DNA of 56,877 bases, the filler included, from Dugesia japonica (Eukaryota), in assembly GCA_001938525.1 (NCBI GenBank). It is 5 parts of 5 records of this genome, joined end to end, with 100 filler letters (N's around TTAATTAATTAA, not from the genome) between each part and the next. Parts side by side here need not be neighbours in the genome. Positions count along the whole stretch, not along the records: positions 29,444 to 38,266 come from MQRL01441321.1; positions 38,367 to 56,877 come from MQRL01630809.1; 3 more parts are not named here. One strand, 5' to 3'. Of this stretch, positions 36,492-48,406 are shown one piece after another. The notes beneath the pieces are model-generated. The model did no database searches. It worked only from the letters and a program-made list of their open reading frames with translations, and was not told the origin of the DNA. Each line of letters opens with the position of its first letter. Position 1 is the stretch's first letter. Both the position numbers and the translations under genes were made by a program.

Positions 36492-37200
36492 AGTAGATAG
36501 ATAGTGGCACACCGGCACAATTTAATTTGGTCACAATTTTTTTTAATGAGTTATCGCACCCTTTTCTCCGAGGGGCTCGGAAACACATTACGCTTGAGCT
36601 GCGTTTTTTTCTAAGATTTTTGGGATCAAAAAATTTTAATCGGATCAAATTTTTTTTTAGTATTTGATGTATTTTTGGTTATTTTTTCGGTATTTTTGAA
36701 TAGGGAAGGGTTGTTTTTTAATATTTTCGAAAGGTGATTTTTTTGAAAACTTTTTTGGAAGAAAATTCAAAAAAATATATTTTGGTTGGAAATTTAAAAT
36801 TTCAATGGGAGAAAATCTTTTTAATATAATTTAATTTAATTTAATTTAATTAATTCATTTATGTAAGAGATGGGACAGTCTTGATATTTTGCAAGGGTCA
36901 AGGATGTCTCAATATTTAGCATGGGACGAGGGGAGTTTTGATATTTTGTAAGATATTTATGCATGGTATGGTCAGTCTTGATATTTTTGAGGATATTTTT
37001 ACAAGATATCGGACAGTCTTGATATTTTTAAAGATATTATTACAAGATATTTATGCATGGTATGGGCAGTCTTGATATTTTTAAAAAACTTTTTTGGCGG
37101 GAAATTTAAAAAAAAATTTTTTTTCGGGAAATTCAAAAAAAAATATTTTTGCTTTCTTTTTTTTATCTTTTTTTAATTTTTTTTAAGGTTTCGATGATGA
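36492..37200 (+). mobile_element. Probable Maverick/Polinton terminal inverted-repeat region
   Basis: Starts AGTAGATAGATAG (AG terminus with short repeats). It contains TTTTGGCGGGAAATTT and related motifs, and about six GGACAGTCTTGATATTTT-type repeats at 36872-37085. Confidence 0.55.
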
Positions 37201-38266
37201 TTTTGTGTAGGGTTTCTAAATCTGTATCTAATGTCATATATAAATTTTTACGGAAATGTTCCTCTTGGTTACAGTGACGTTTTATTGGATTTCGGTTTTA
37301 AGTGTCTAGTGTTGGATTTTTTGTTGGATTTTGATGAATTTTGATTTTAATGAAAGGGGAACATGAAGGAAATATGATGGTGTAAAGGATTTGTATTTTG
37401 TAGATTATGGTTTATGCGCGTGTAAAAGTGTATTTTTTATAATGAAAATCACGACAAAATGGGTGTCGGGTGATCATTTCTAGATTTCGAAGGTATACTT
37501 GAGTTGGTAATCAAAATTGGTCTATAGATATAATGAGATTAAAAATTGTAAAAATTATTTGATACGTTATTTTGGGTGATTGTGTGTTGCTTATATGTTG
37601 TATCTGAGTTGTATCCCTATTGTAATAATTAATATGTTTACATTTTTTTATTTACTACTTAAAAATTAAAAGCCTTTGCAGTAATAAACATTTATTTTTA
37701 CAACATTTTAATTTTTCTTCTTCTTTTTCATCAGTTTTCTGTTACTCTATGTTGTTCTTCATTGGTTTCAGGTATGCTTCGGGCCAATCTAGAACCAATA
37801 ATATTTTATACACACATAATCGTTAGTATCTAAAGATAAAGTTTAAATTATATTTCATTATTTCATCATGTTTTAAAAAAATAACAGACTTTAAAAAAAT
37901 CCCGTCCCGGCAATTTTAAATGATGAAAGAAATTGAGATATACAACAAAGACAATGAAGATTACAAGGAAAATTCCGATTATGAACTAAAGTTATACACT
38001 GACTATGCAGATGTGTAGTAAATAAAGCAGAAATATTAAAGATGCATTATAATTTGGATCTATTTTACTTTGAGAGAAATCCTATAAAATAGTTCAGAGC
38101 CGCTATATGTTAAATTTTTACTTAGTTGCTCTATTTCTGTTATGTATAATCTATCTTTCAACTGTATAGTATGATAATTTACTTTAGAATAAGCTATTTT
38201 AATTTTTCCATTTTCTATTTAAGAATCATCTTTAAATAATGAATACAAAATCTGATAACATCTATC

Positions 38267-38366
38267 NNNNNNNNNNNNNNNNNNNNNNNNNNNNNNNNNN
38301 NNNNNNNNNNTTAATTAATTAANNNNNNNNNNNNNNNNNNNNNNNNNNNNNNNNNNNNNNNNNNNN
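38267..38366. other. Artificial contig linker
   Basis: N44-TTAATTAATTAA-N44. Confidence 0.95.
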
Positions 38367-38397
<31 letters not shown>

Positions 38398-39617
38398 AAA
38401 ATTTTATTTCGTTAAACAAATTATAACAAGTGAAATAATATCCATAATTTTTGCAAGGAAAAGCCTAACGTTGGACAACTTTTCGGATCTCATTTTTGTA
38501 CCAATCCGGGGGTTTGGAGTCAAAGAACATTATGAGGCTATTCTAACGGGTTTCTCTATTCTTAAAGCATCATTATCGGAGAAATAATGAATCGATCGAA
38601 ACAGATGAAAGCGAAAAGCCGCATAGTCATATGGTAGAAAAGCTCTTATTCCTACTCAAATTAACAAACAGAACAAAAACAAAACGTAAATATATTATTA
38701 ATATACAAAGAACAAAATAAATTGCTGGTTGATTAATAGATTACAATAAAATTAATTGATTCTGTATTTTCATTAATTGCGTATAATAAAGGAAAATGTC
38801 TTGTAATAGGATTCNTGTCGTTTTTATGTATCTAAAATTGTTAAAAAAAAATATTATACATAAAAAAGATAAAATGACAGTTATTCAAGGAGTAATGGCT
38901 TGATTTTTGCAGACTGGAAACATTGTAGTTTTTAGAGAATTCAAAGAAAAAAATAGTATTGGTGCTATTATTTTATGTACGTTTTTAATAACATTAAATT
39001 TAAAATAAAATGGTCAATTATTTTTCATATATTGAAAATGAATTTATAAAGAATTATTATCAATTCGGCAAATCAATGTAATTAATATCTAGAAATTAGA
39101 ACGATAAAAACATTGGTAACAGTATAAATTTCATTAGGGCGATTTTGATAAATTCTTTGAGTGAATTTAACTACAATTATTTCACATTGATTAATATTTC
39201 TATAATTATAATTCGACTGATATTATTTTAACGTTCATTAATTTAGTAAAATCTCGCAATAAATATAATTAAATAATATTTTATCATTTTTATTTAAATT
39301 GACGAGCCAAAAATAGCAATTTGTTGATTTTTATTATTTTCAATGTTAATTAGATAAATTATTAGAAATCTGAAATTTATCAGCTGCAACTAGCACAATT
39401 CATAATTTTAAATTTTCATATAAGATGGAAAAAATATACAAATATGATTTTCATATTTTCTATATAATTGAGAATGAATGAAATTTTCAATTTATATTCT
39501 TGGGAAGCAATTTAAATTGGCCTCTTAAGCTGACGATCGCGGTTTCCTGATTAAAATTTTCTGTACAATAATTTTTTAAATGAAATATATTGATTCATTT
39601 AATTTAATTCCAAATAA

Positions 39618-41160
39618 TTATTTCATATCTGAAATTGTGATTGCTTTCTTGGTTGTGAAAATAATGGCCATATAGACTGTAATGAAAGTGAATCTAATCT
39701 TTCTTCTTTTCTTATCTTTCTGTGAAAATACTACTCTGATTTCATAAAAATTGGAGTCAATATCAAGTATAACCTCTATGTTAATGTCAGGGAAGCACAA
39801 TATGTAAACAGTCACTAGAGCTATCTTCAAACTTTCGAAGNNNNNNNNNNNNNNNNNNNNNNNNNNNNNNNNNNNNNNNNNNNNNNNNNNNNNNNNNNNN
39901 NNNNNNNNNNNNNNNNNNNNNNNNNNNNNNNNNNNNNNNNNNNNNNNNNNNNNNNNNNNNNCTTGATCTATTTTTGCGAAGTCTGTAAGTATGCGCCTCA
40001 GAAATATGATTTCGCTTTAAAATAGCTGACACTTCTCCTTGTTTATTCTAATTCCAGCCTTCTTAATTTCAGATGGTATGCTGTTGATTACTTTATAGTG
40101 TTGATCAATATTTTTCATAAATAACAAGATGTCGTTATAATCTTCTGAAATTAATTCAGTGCTGCCTTGATATTTGGGTTTATCCAATTTGTCCAGAATT
40201 TCATCAAGGTTAGTCATTGGAAGTTTCTAGTGCTACCTTCAATTTTCTGAAAAAATATCCTTCTAATTCTTATTCCACAAACAAATCAAAGATGTATTCA
40301 ACTGAGAATTGAAATTCCTGATGATATTAATTTTACACATGCTTTGAATAGTTTCTTCAATTTTAGTTTCTAACTTTATTGGTTGTCAGTACGGTTTTAC
40401 ATTGATTGGTTCACCAATTTGGCTTTGTCATATGTATGAGCCCTAAATTCCATTTGTCTGCCATGAAAACAAGTTACTTACTCCCGATTATTTCTATCAA
40501 TCTATAATCATTTATGATTTGAAGATTATTTACGACTTGTGATAAACGTTTCTATTTTAGATCTGGCTCCAAAGTTTTGAAATAATAACACAAATGTAGT
40601 TTCTGGCTTGTTTATCAGTTACATTTTCCACTCTTTTCACAAGCTTGTATCAAAAAATCTACCAAACAGATCTGGTGTCACTGTTTCAGCCACTAAGAAA
40701 GTAAATTCTTTGCNNNNNNNNNNNNNNNNNNNNNNNNNNNNNNNNNNNNNNNNNNNNNNNNNNNNNNNNNNNNNNNNNNNNNNNNNNNNNNAATATATTT
40801 AACAATTCAAACTCATAACAATAATACGCGCCTGGTATCTAAACGACATTCGAACGTATTCCTTTTAATTGATACCGTGAGATTTGTTCTCCTTACTGCC
40901 TCTTATTGTAAAATATGTATGTATTCTGTTCTGCTTCGATTATTCCAACTCATTGTGTTCTTCTATAATCCACAATTTTCATACTTGAGAAATCTGTATA
41001 TCATCTTACTTTTTGGCGCTCTGAGGATAATCGATCAATTCAGTAATGAGTGGGTGGCTCTGCTCAACTCTTCAAATGAAGGATTCCTGTCGTTTGGATA
41101 CGGCCTGCTAAATCGTTTTCATCTGCTTCCTCATATACATCATTTGTATTATTCGTCATC
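39618..41160 (-). mobile_element. Decayed Ty3/Gypsy gag-pol (protease, RT, RT-RNase H linker)
   Basis: FECRLDT (protease-like), EPINVKPY..KIEETIQSM, NLDEILDKL, IKKAGIRINKEKCQLF and KIALVT..ILCFPD..VILDIDS..VFSQ. Confidence 0.7.
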
Positions 41161-41379
41161 AAGCGCGTGTATAGTGACTGTTAGATGAGTTTTGAGAACT
41201 CGGATAAAACTTATTTCAAATAAAAACTATAACCATCATTATTTATTTAATCAAACAAATTAAAACTTCATGCTCTACTCGGAAATTATTTTTCACAAAT
41301 TTAAAAATTATGATTTAAATTAATTTGATAATTTACAGGAAATAATTATTTTTTAATAACACATCATTTTAAAATTTTC

Positions 41380-41570
41380 ATAAAATTTAAAAAAAATGAT
41401 CATTCGTACTAAATTTTTACAAAATTTTAAAACAATAAAATGATCATTCATACAAACATATCTTTTAAAAAATTTTACGAAATTTCAAAACAAAAAATGA
41501 TCATTTGTTAATAATATATCCTTTAAAATTTTCACAAAAACTTTCATAAAATTTTCAAAACAAAATGACT
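41380..41570. repeat. Degenerate ~45-65-bp tandem repeat
   Basis: AAAATGATCATT..AAAATTTT units at about 41395, 41439, 41496 and 41563. Confidence 0.5.
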
Positions 41571-42758
41571 TGCTATTAAATTATCATTTCCACAAATTTT
41601 AATTTATTTTAATTTCTTAATTAAATTGTGATTTTGATTTTTTTAAAAAAGATTTTTTAAAAACACAATTTCCAACCAGAGCACAAAAAAGTTTAACTTG
41701 CTTCTAAACTACTCACAGTGACTATATGTTTAATAGATTCCCATAAGACCCAAGTTTCTTAGTTGTTATTCTCATTATCAAATTGGTATATCAATTTTCT
41801 GCTCTATGTCCAGCTTTATCCACATTTCTTGCCTTTCACTTCTTGACATAACATTCTAATGTAGCCCATTTATTCACAACCAAAACATTTATGAAACTAA
41901 TCTCTTATTCAAAATATCACAAATTGGAAAAAATTTACAAACTCTTACTTCTTATTTTTATTTATTNNNNNNNNNNNNNNNNNNNNNNNNNNNNNNNNNN
42001 NNNNNNNNNNNNNNNNNNNNNNNNNNNNNNNNNNNNNNNNNNNNNNNNNNATTATGATTAGAAAAATTCTACAAAAATATTGCTTTAAAAAAGATGATAA
42101 AATTATCAATTTAACTGTTTAATTTAAATAAAGATTGATAAATCTAATAACCAAATAAATAAATTATACATTATCCTATGAAAAAGTAATTAATATCTGC
42201 AACAGCCGGAAATTCATATTCTTCAATATCAATTTATAGAAAAAATATTATCAGTAAATAATTGCTGATAATAATTTAGTNNNNNNNNNNNNNNNNNNNN
42301 NNAATAAAGTATATAAATTGGATGTCTCAGATTAAAAGTTACAATATTCTATCAAGTTATTCATCTGGAAATTTATTTAAACCATTTTACATTGAAAAAT
42401 TTCAAAGTAAAAAATTGATTTATAGCTAAAAAATAAAATAGGCAATTGGACAAAAATAAACAAAGTAATTTTTAATACAGTAATAAACGACCAGGAATCA
42501 CAAAACTGGTATCATAAAAGGCATCTAAAATTATGTATCCTATTAATGGCCTCCTTTGCAATATTGTCATTCCATTAGCATTACATAAAAAATTAAATGT
42601 TGGTTAGAACTTTTTTTTACCTAAATGTAATCTAAGCTATAATGCAGTTATTTACTTACCATTATATAATAATAATAATAATAACAATAATAATGTAATC
42701 AATTTTTCAACTAATTTAATCAAAAATTATATTATAAATAAAATAAATTTTTAATACA

Positions 42759-42968
42759 ATGCCACGAGAAAATAACAACATCAGCAATGAAATTCGAGAA
42801 GAAATTTGCAGAAAATATGTAGATGGTAAATCATTGGCCTTGATTTCATCAGATTTTAGTCAAATCATACCAAAACAGTTGCCTCAATTATCCGTATTTA
42901 TAGAAGTGCCGGAAGAAAAATTAGAAATAACAAAGGTGCACCACATAAATCAGTATTTGGTTTATTAA
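42759..42968 (+). mobile_element. IS630/Tc1-like transposase N-terminal HTH fragment
   Basis: MPRENNNISNEIREEICRKYVDGKSLALIS, followed by a frameshifted KTVASIIRIYR. Confidence 0.5.
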
Positions 42969-43496
42969 GATAAAATTTGATTGAGATCCATTAAAATCAC
43001 ACGCTTTATTTTTTAAATTGAAAGAAACTGTAAATTTGTATTATGACATGTATATGATACACGACTTTAAAAATTCAGTTCAGTTGAATATTAAATAGAA
43101 TATAATTAATAAAAATAAAAGTTTAAGAAATACGTCATGCTTTAACCATAATATAAAAATTTCAAAAAATATATTAATTTGAAATTTAAGACTTTAAATT
43201 TAAGGATTTAATGAATATTTAAAAAAAATTATATGAAAAAATATATTATTATTCTTTATTATTATATTATTAATTATATATAACACCGAATCTAAATAAA
43301 ATATTGAAATTTAATTTCCTTCACATTAAAACACAAAAAGCTGAAATGAACTCCGTTAAAGCATGTTCATATAACACAAAATCCATTTCCAAAATTTCAT
43401 GCGTACATAAAATACAATCCATTAAAATTTATAAAATACATTAAAATATTAAAAATTGCTTTTATTTTGTGAGAAAAAACCAAACTCTTACACTAC

Positions 43497-46400
43497 CTTT
43501 CTTTGCTTCTTCTGGACTTGTTTGATCTAAACAGAAACAGAAACACGATTAGAATGTTTTGTAAAACATGTTCTATAAAATGATAAGCATTACTAGCATC
43601 TACGAGGGCTTCGTTTATTTCTTCCTTTGGTAGTATCTTATTATTATTTTTTTCTTCCTTATCCAGCTGAATATAATTTATTATGATAATCAAAGTTAAT
43701 ATTCTACTGAAATTGAAAAACTATATCACATTTTAATTAAATTATAAACACATTAATTAATGATTATTACAATAAAAATGGATAACAAAATGAACTGATA
43801 TTTTTATTAATTGCAAAATATGTTTCAACTGTACAATTGTCATTCTATCCAATCAAAATTATTAAAAAATTTATTCAGAAATTTAAAAACCATCTTTTTA
43901 ACAATTTTAAATTATTTTTAATGTAATAAATTAAATGTATTTAAACATTTTAAAAAATTCATTATTTATAAATTTTAAAAAATTCATTATTTATAAATTT
44001 GCTATTTAAAATTTTGATTTTCAAAAATTCAATAAAAATTTAATATTTATTACTCATTTTTTAAATAAATAATTTAAAGAAAAATTTCAGTTGAAATCAC
44101 CAAAAATTTTACTTTTTCTTTAACCAATCTCATAGACATCAAACTTTTGAACGCACTTGCGATTTATAGGTTAGTCAAATATCAGTTTGCCACTTTTTAT
44201 TATTATCGAACAATTAAAATTTACGTTTAATGTAAATGATTTATATGTGAAATTTGATGATAGTTACAATTTTATTACAAATTATAAATATTTAATCTAA
44301 TATTATTTTTCGAATTGCAGTTGAATTTACATATAAGTTAGATAACTCAATTTATCGAGAAGATAAATTCAATTACTTCAAGTATGTTCTTTATATAATG
44401 CCACAAGAAGGCGTCTACTACAGATATGATTATATGTATTAATGAATAAATTGTTTCTTTCACAGAGAATCTAAGTATTGTATTTTTACAATTACAATTA
44501 TTGCGAGAATAATTGTTGGACTTAACTATTGGTAGCATTTGAGATTTCATTGAAATAATAGCTACGATCAAATACAATTTTTGTTATATAGATATTCGAA
44601 TTTTAGAGACGATTATCTTCTTCCGGAATAACTTTTTGATAGATTTAAATGTTATTAGAAAATTTTTTCATAATAGTTTGTATTTTATTAAAACTTTATT
44701 GGATGATTTTAATAAAATTTAAATTTAATTTAAACTTTAAATGTTATATTATTAAATTTTATTTTTTTAATAAATTTTTATTTTAATTATAATCATCATA
44801 AACTACATTAATTTTGGAATTAATATTTGGAATTCATTGAAAATAAAAGCTTCGATCAAAATTTTGTGTTTTTTGGTATTTGATAACAATTCGATATTTC
44901 GACTTTGTCTTCTTCAGGAATTGACTTGTAAAATGTAAAGTCAATTCCTGAAGAAGACAAAGTCGAAATATCGAATTGTTTACAAAAACCAAAATAAAAA
45001 CAAAATTTTGATCGAAGCTTTTATTTTAAATGAATTCTCAAAAACGATCAAAGTTATGTCGAACAATTATTCTCGCAATAATTGCAATTTTATATTAATT
45101 TTATTCAATTAAAAACAGAAAATATAAAAATATATTTTTTATTATTAAATATTATATTTTTTGATTAATTTTAAAATTTTTATTTAATTTAGTTTTGTTT
45201 TATNNNNNNNNNNNNNNNNNNNNNNNNNNNNNNNNNNNNNNNNNNNNNNNNNNNNNNNNNNNNNNNNNNNNNNNNNNNNNNNNNNNNNNNNNNNNNNNNN
45301 NNNNTTTTTATTATTAAAATTAAAATATTTTATATTATTTTTAAATATTATAATTATTATAAACCACATTGATTTTAGGTTTATCCTCTTCAATCAATAT
45401 ATGTTCATGTTTCTACCTGTGAAGTGTAGAAATGTAGTTTATTCTTAATGTTTTCCATGTTATATGATGTTTTTCTGGTGAAATATTATGTTAGTGTTGA
45501 AAGTGTTTGAAGACTTCACTTTCTTTTTGTTTGAGATGTTCTTTAATTCTTGTATGTATGATTCTGTATGTTTCTCCTATATATGTTTCCTTACATATAA
45601 GGTGCGTATTATTTTATAGGTGATATTTTTCTTATTGCATATATTTCTACAATCACAAATGCATTTGGGACCACAAAGGTTTTGTCTTGGTTTCTGTAAT
45701 TGGATACCCAAAGATGCTTGCATTTAAAATATAATTCTTGGCTTGTGTTTTAGTTTTGATTTATTTTATTATATTTATTTTATTATATTTTGCATGATGT
45801 AGTTACATTTCATTAATAATACATTTTATTAATAATACATTTTCATGCAAAATATAATAAAATAAATCAAAACTAAAACACAAGCCAAGAATTATATTTA
45901 AAATGCAAGCATCTTTGGGTATCCAATTACAGAAACNNNNNNNNNNNNNNNNNNNNNNNNNNNNNNNNNNNNNNNNNNNNNNNNNNNNNNNNNNNNNNNN
46001 NNNNNNNNNNNNNNNNNNNNNNNNNNNNNNNNNNNNNNNNNNNNNNNNNNNNNNNNNNNNNNNNNNNNNNNNNNNNNNNNNNNNNNNNNNNNNNNNNNNN
46101 NNNNNNNNNNNNNNNNNNNNNNNNNNNNNNNNNNNNNNNNNNNNNNNNNNNNNNNNNNNNNNNNNNNNNNNNNNNNNNNNNNNNNNNNNNNNNNNNNNNN
46201 NNNNNNNNNNNNNNNNNNNNNNGTTTTGCCTTACTTTTCATACATTAGAAATGGCATTAGTGATCAGTTTGTAGAAATACGAGGAATGTGATTGAATTCA
46301 AAAAATTAAATCATTGATTATTCCATTTTATGATGAGTGTATGATGGGTTCATTAATATAAGCAAACCTATATCAGAAAAGGAAGGGTCCTTTGTAATAT

Positions 46401-48406
46401 ATTGCACCATTTTTCATTTAATAATTTTTATATACAAATACAACTTTGGTGTATACGAAATTTTCATTAATTAAATTATGTTACACATTGTAATGTATTT
46501 ACTGTATTTTCCACAAATAAATTATGCTAAGTGCAAAAAAATTCTAGCACCTTGAATGTACTAAAATTTAGTAAATAAAGAAATTTTTTTCTACAATAAA
46601 AAAGTCAGGTCTGAAGTTAAGGTAAGAGTGGTGGAAAATGTTGTACAAAGAATGAAAGTAACTTGCGTGTACTAATAATTCCTCGTTCATGTAAAATAAC
46701 ACGAGTTAACTATTATGAATTAATAATAATAATACTTTCACAAAACACCTAAGGATACTAAAATACAAAAAAGCAGGTAAATCTTTTGACAATGAATTTA
46801 GCGGAGTCAATGAAAAGGTCAAATAATACTATTAAGATTAATTTAAAAAAAGAAACTAATGTATTATGAGAAGATAAATCGAATCTTGTTTATAAGTGAA
46901 TAAAATTTTTTGAGTCATTACTTTTTACTGAATTAATATTCATTATAATTTTAAAAAATAAAGAATTTTCATATTAAAAGCGAAATATAAAAAGGTTTTA
47001 TAAATAGATCACTTAAAAATGATCTCTACATTTGAAATGTAACTTTAAAAATCTGAAACTGTTAAAATAAATCTTAACGATTATTACAGTTTACAGAAAT
47101 TTCAGTTCTAATAACTCTTAAAATTTTCTATGTAACAAAATAATGTTTTAACAGATTGTTTAATAAAATTAACATAGATTTTAATAATACAGATTAGATC
47201 AACCAATTGTGACTAAAACAACTCAATCTCACTATCTAATATTTAATATATTTTAATGTTTAAATTTCTTTATATGATTTTAAAAATATAATTTTTAATT
47301 CATTAAGATTAGAGTTAAATTTTATTAAGTATTAAAATAGGATTTATATCTGAGTTTGTGAATATTTATTAAATTAATGAGGGTATTTTTTTGAATATAT
47401 TAAACTTTTAAATCATTTAGGTTGCAGCGATTTTTAAAAAAATTTTTAAAAATTATGTTAAAATAATCATTGAAAGATAGAAAATTGAGGAAAGGCAATT
47501 TCATGGCAGGTAGTATACAAAAAGTTTGGAAGCTATTGTCAAGGATCAAATTGTTGTAATGATTAAAATTTATGTTGACAATTTCTAAATTTAATAAATA
47601 AATTTAGTAACGATTTTCAATTGTTTTAAATTAAAACTTTTAATAAAAATCTTATTTCAAAATAATCATTTATCTTTGTTTATTCTAAACTATTTTATTA
47701 TTTAAAATATTTCTGCAAGTTACAAATCATTTTTAAAGTTTTAGACCTTCTTTTGAGTCATTTAAGAAGAAAATCAATGTAATAATAAAATGTTATCATT
47801 GATTTACATATTTGTCAAGTCTAATTCTTCGTGAATAATATAGTAACATAAATAGAATAAATTAAAGTTATAACCAATCATTTCTCAATTTTTACGTTGA
47901 TGCTTAGAAGAATAATTAACAACTAATTTTAACCTTCGTCTTTCTTCGGCTTCTTTTGGTCTTTCTATATTTAATGTATATGAAAAATGCACTGTAATTT
48001 ATAATTACACTGCTTGCTTCAAAATGTCACTAGAATGTGTAATATTTTAAAATTCAAAAAATATTCGCTCCACAAAAAAATCTAGTTAAAATGGAATAAT
48101 CAAGATAAATACTATTTCACTATTGAGAATAATTTTACAATTAATTTTAAAATTATTTAAAAACTGAATTTTTCAATACAGATTTGATTGACAAGTAATG
48201 GAAGTAAATCATTAATTAATTTTTACATGCTTAAAATTAGATATTAATACAAAAAAAAACAAATATAAAATGTTTATTTAATTTTTTTTTAAGAAATTGA
48301 GGGATTATTTAAAATTATTTATTTAAAAAATTAAATTACTTTCATTTAATGAAATACAAAAACTTACCTCCTTGTTTTTTGAAACACAAGAACAAGCATT
48401 ACCCAT
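43497..48406 (-). CDS. Partial host micro-exon gene encoding an N-myristoylated/palmitoylated K/E-rich protein
   Basis: Exons 48406-48368 (MGNACSCVSKNKE|gtaagt) and 47964-47934 (KDQKKPKKDE). Candidate exons 43666-43594 (LDKEEKNNNK..) and 43526-43497 (QTSPEEAKK). A 46-bp 5'UTR intron lies at 48464-48419. Linking the two exon pairs is an assumption. Confidence 0.5.
44887..44923 (-). ncRNA. Minimal type I hammerhead ribozyme (Penelope-associated type)
   Basis: Minus strand: CAATTC-CTGAAGA-A-GAC-AAA-GTC-GAAA-TA-TC-GAATTG. Confidence 0.75.
44942..44978 (+). ncRNA. Minimal type I hammerhead ribozyme (Penelope-associated type)
   Basis: Stem I CAATTC/GAATTG, core CUGAAGA, stem II GAC/GUC, GAAA, palindromic AUAU stem III and AUC cleavage triplet. 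Confidence 0.75.
45345..45935 (-). mobile_element. Penelope-like retroelement 3' fragment (GIY-YIG endonuclease) with an inverted copy
   Basis: Minus strand: CGPKCICDC..KNITYKI..KETYIGETYRIIHTRIKEHLKQKESEVFKHF..EHILIEEDKPKIN. The segments at about 45691-45797 and 45844-45935 are inverted repeats. Confidence 0.8.

Noticed and set aside
9089-37200. One intact ~28-kb Maverick from PolB to the terminus at 36.5 kb
   Set aside because: It spans two artificial linkers, the terminus faces away, all genes are disrupted, and no major capsid or protease gene was seen.
41780-41880. Zinc-knuckle-like fragment (KC..KAGHRAEN) on the minus strand
   Set aside because: Too short and frameshifted to support a call.
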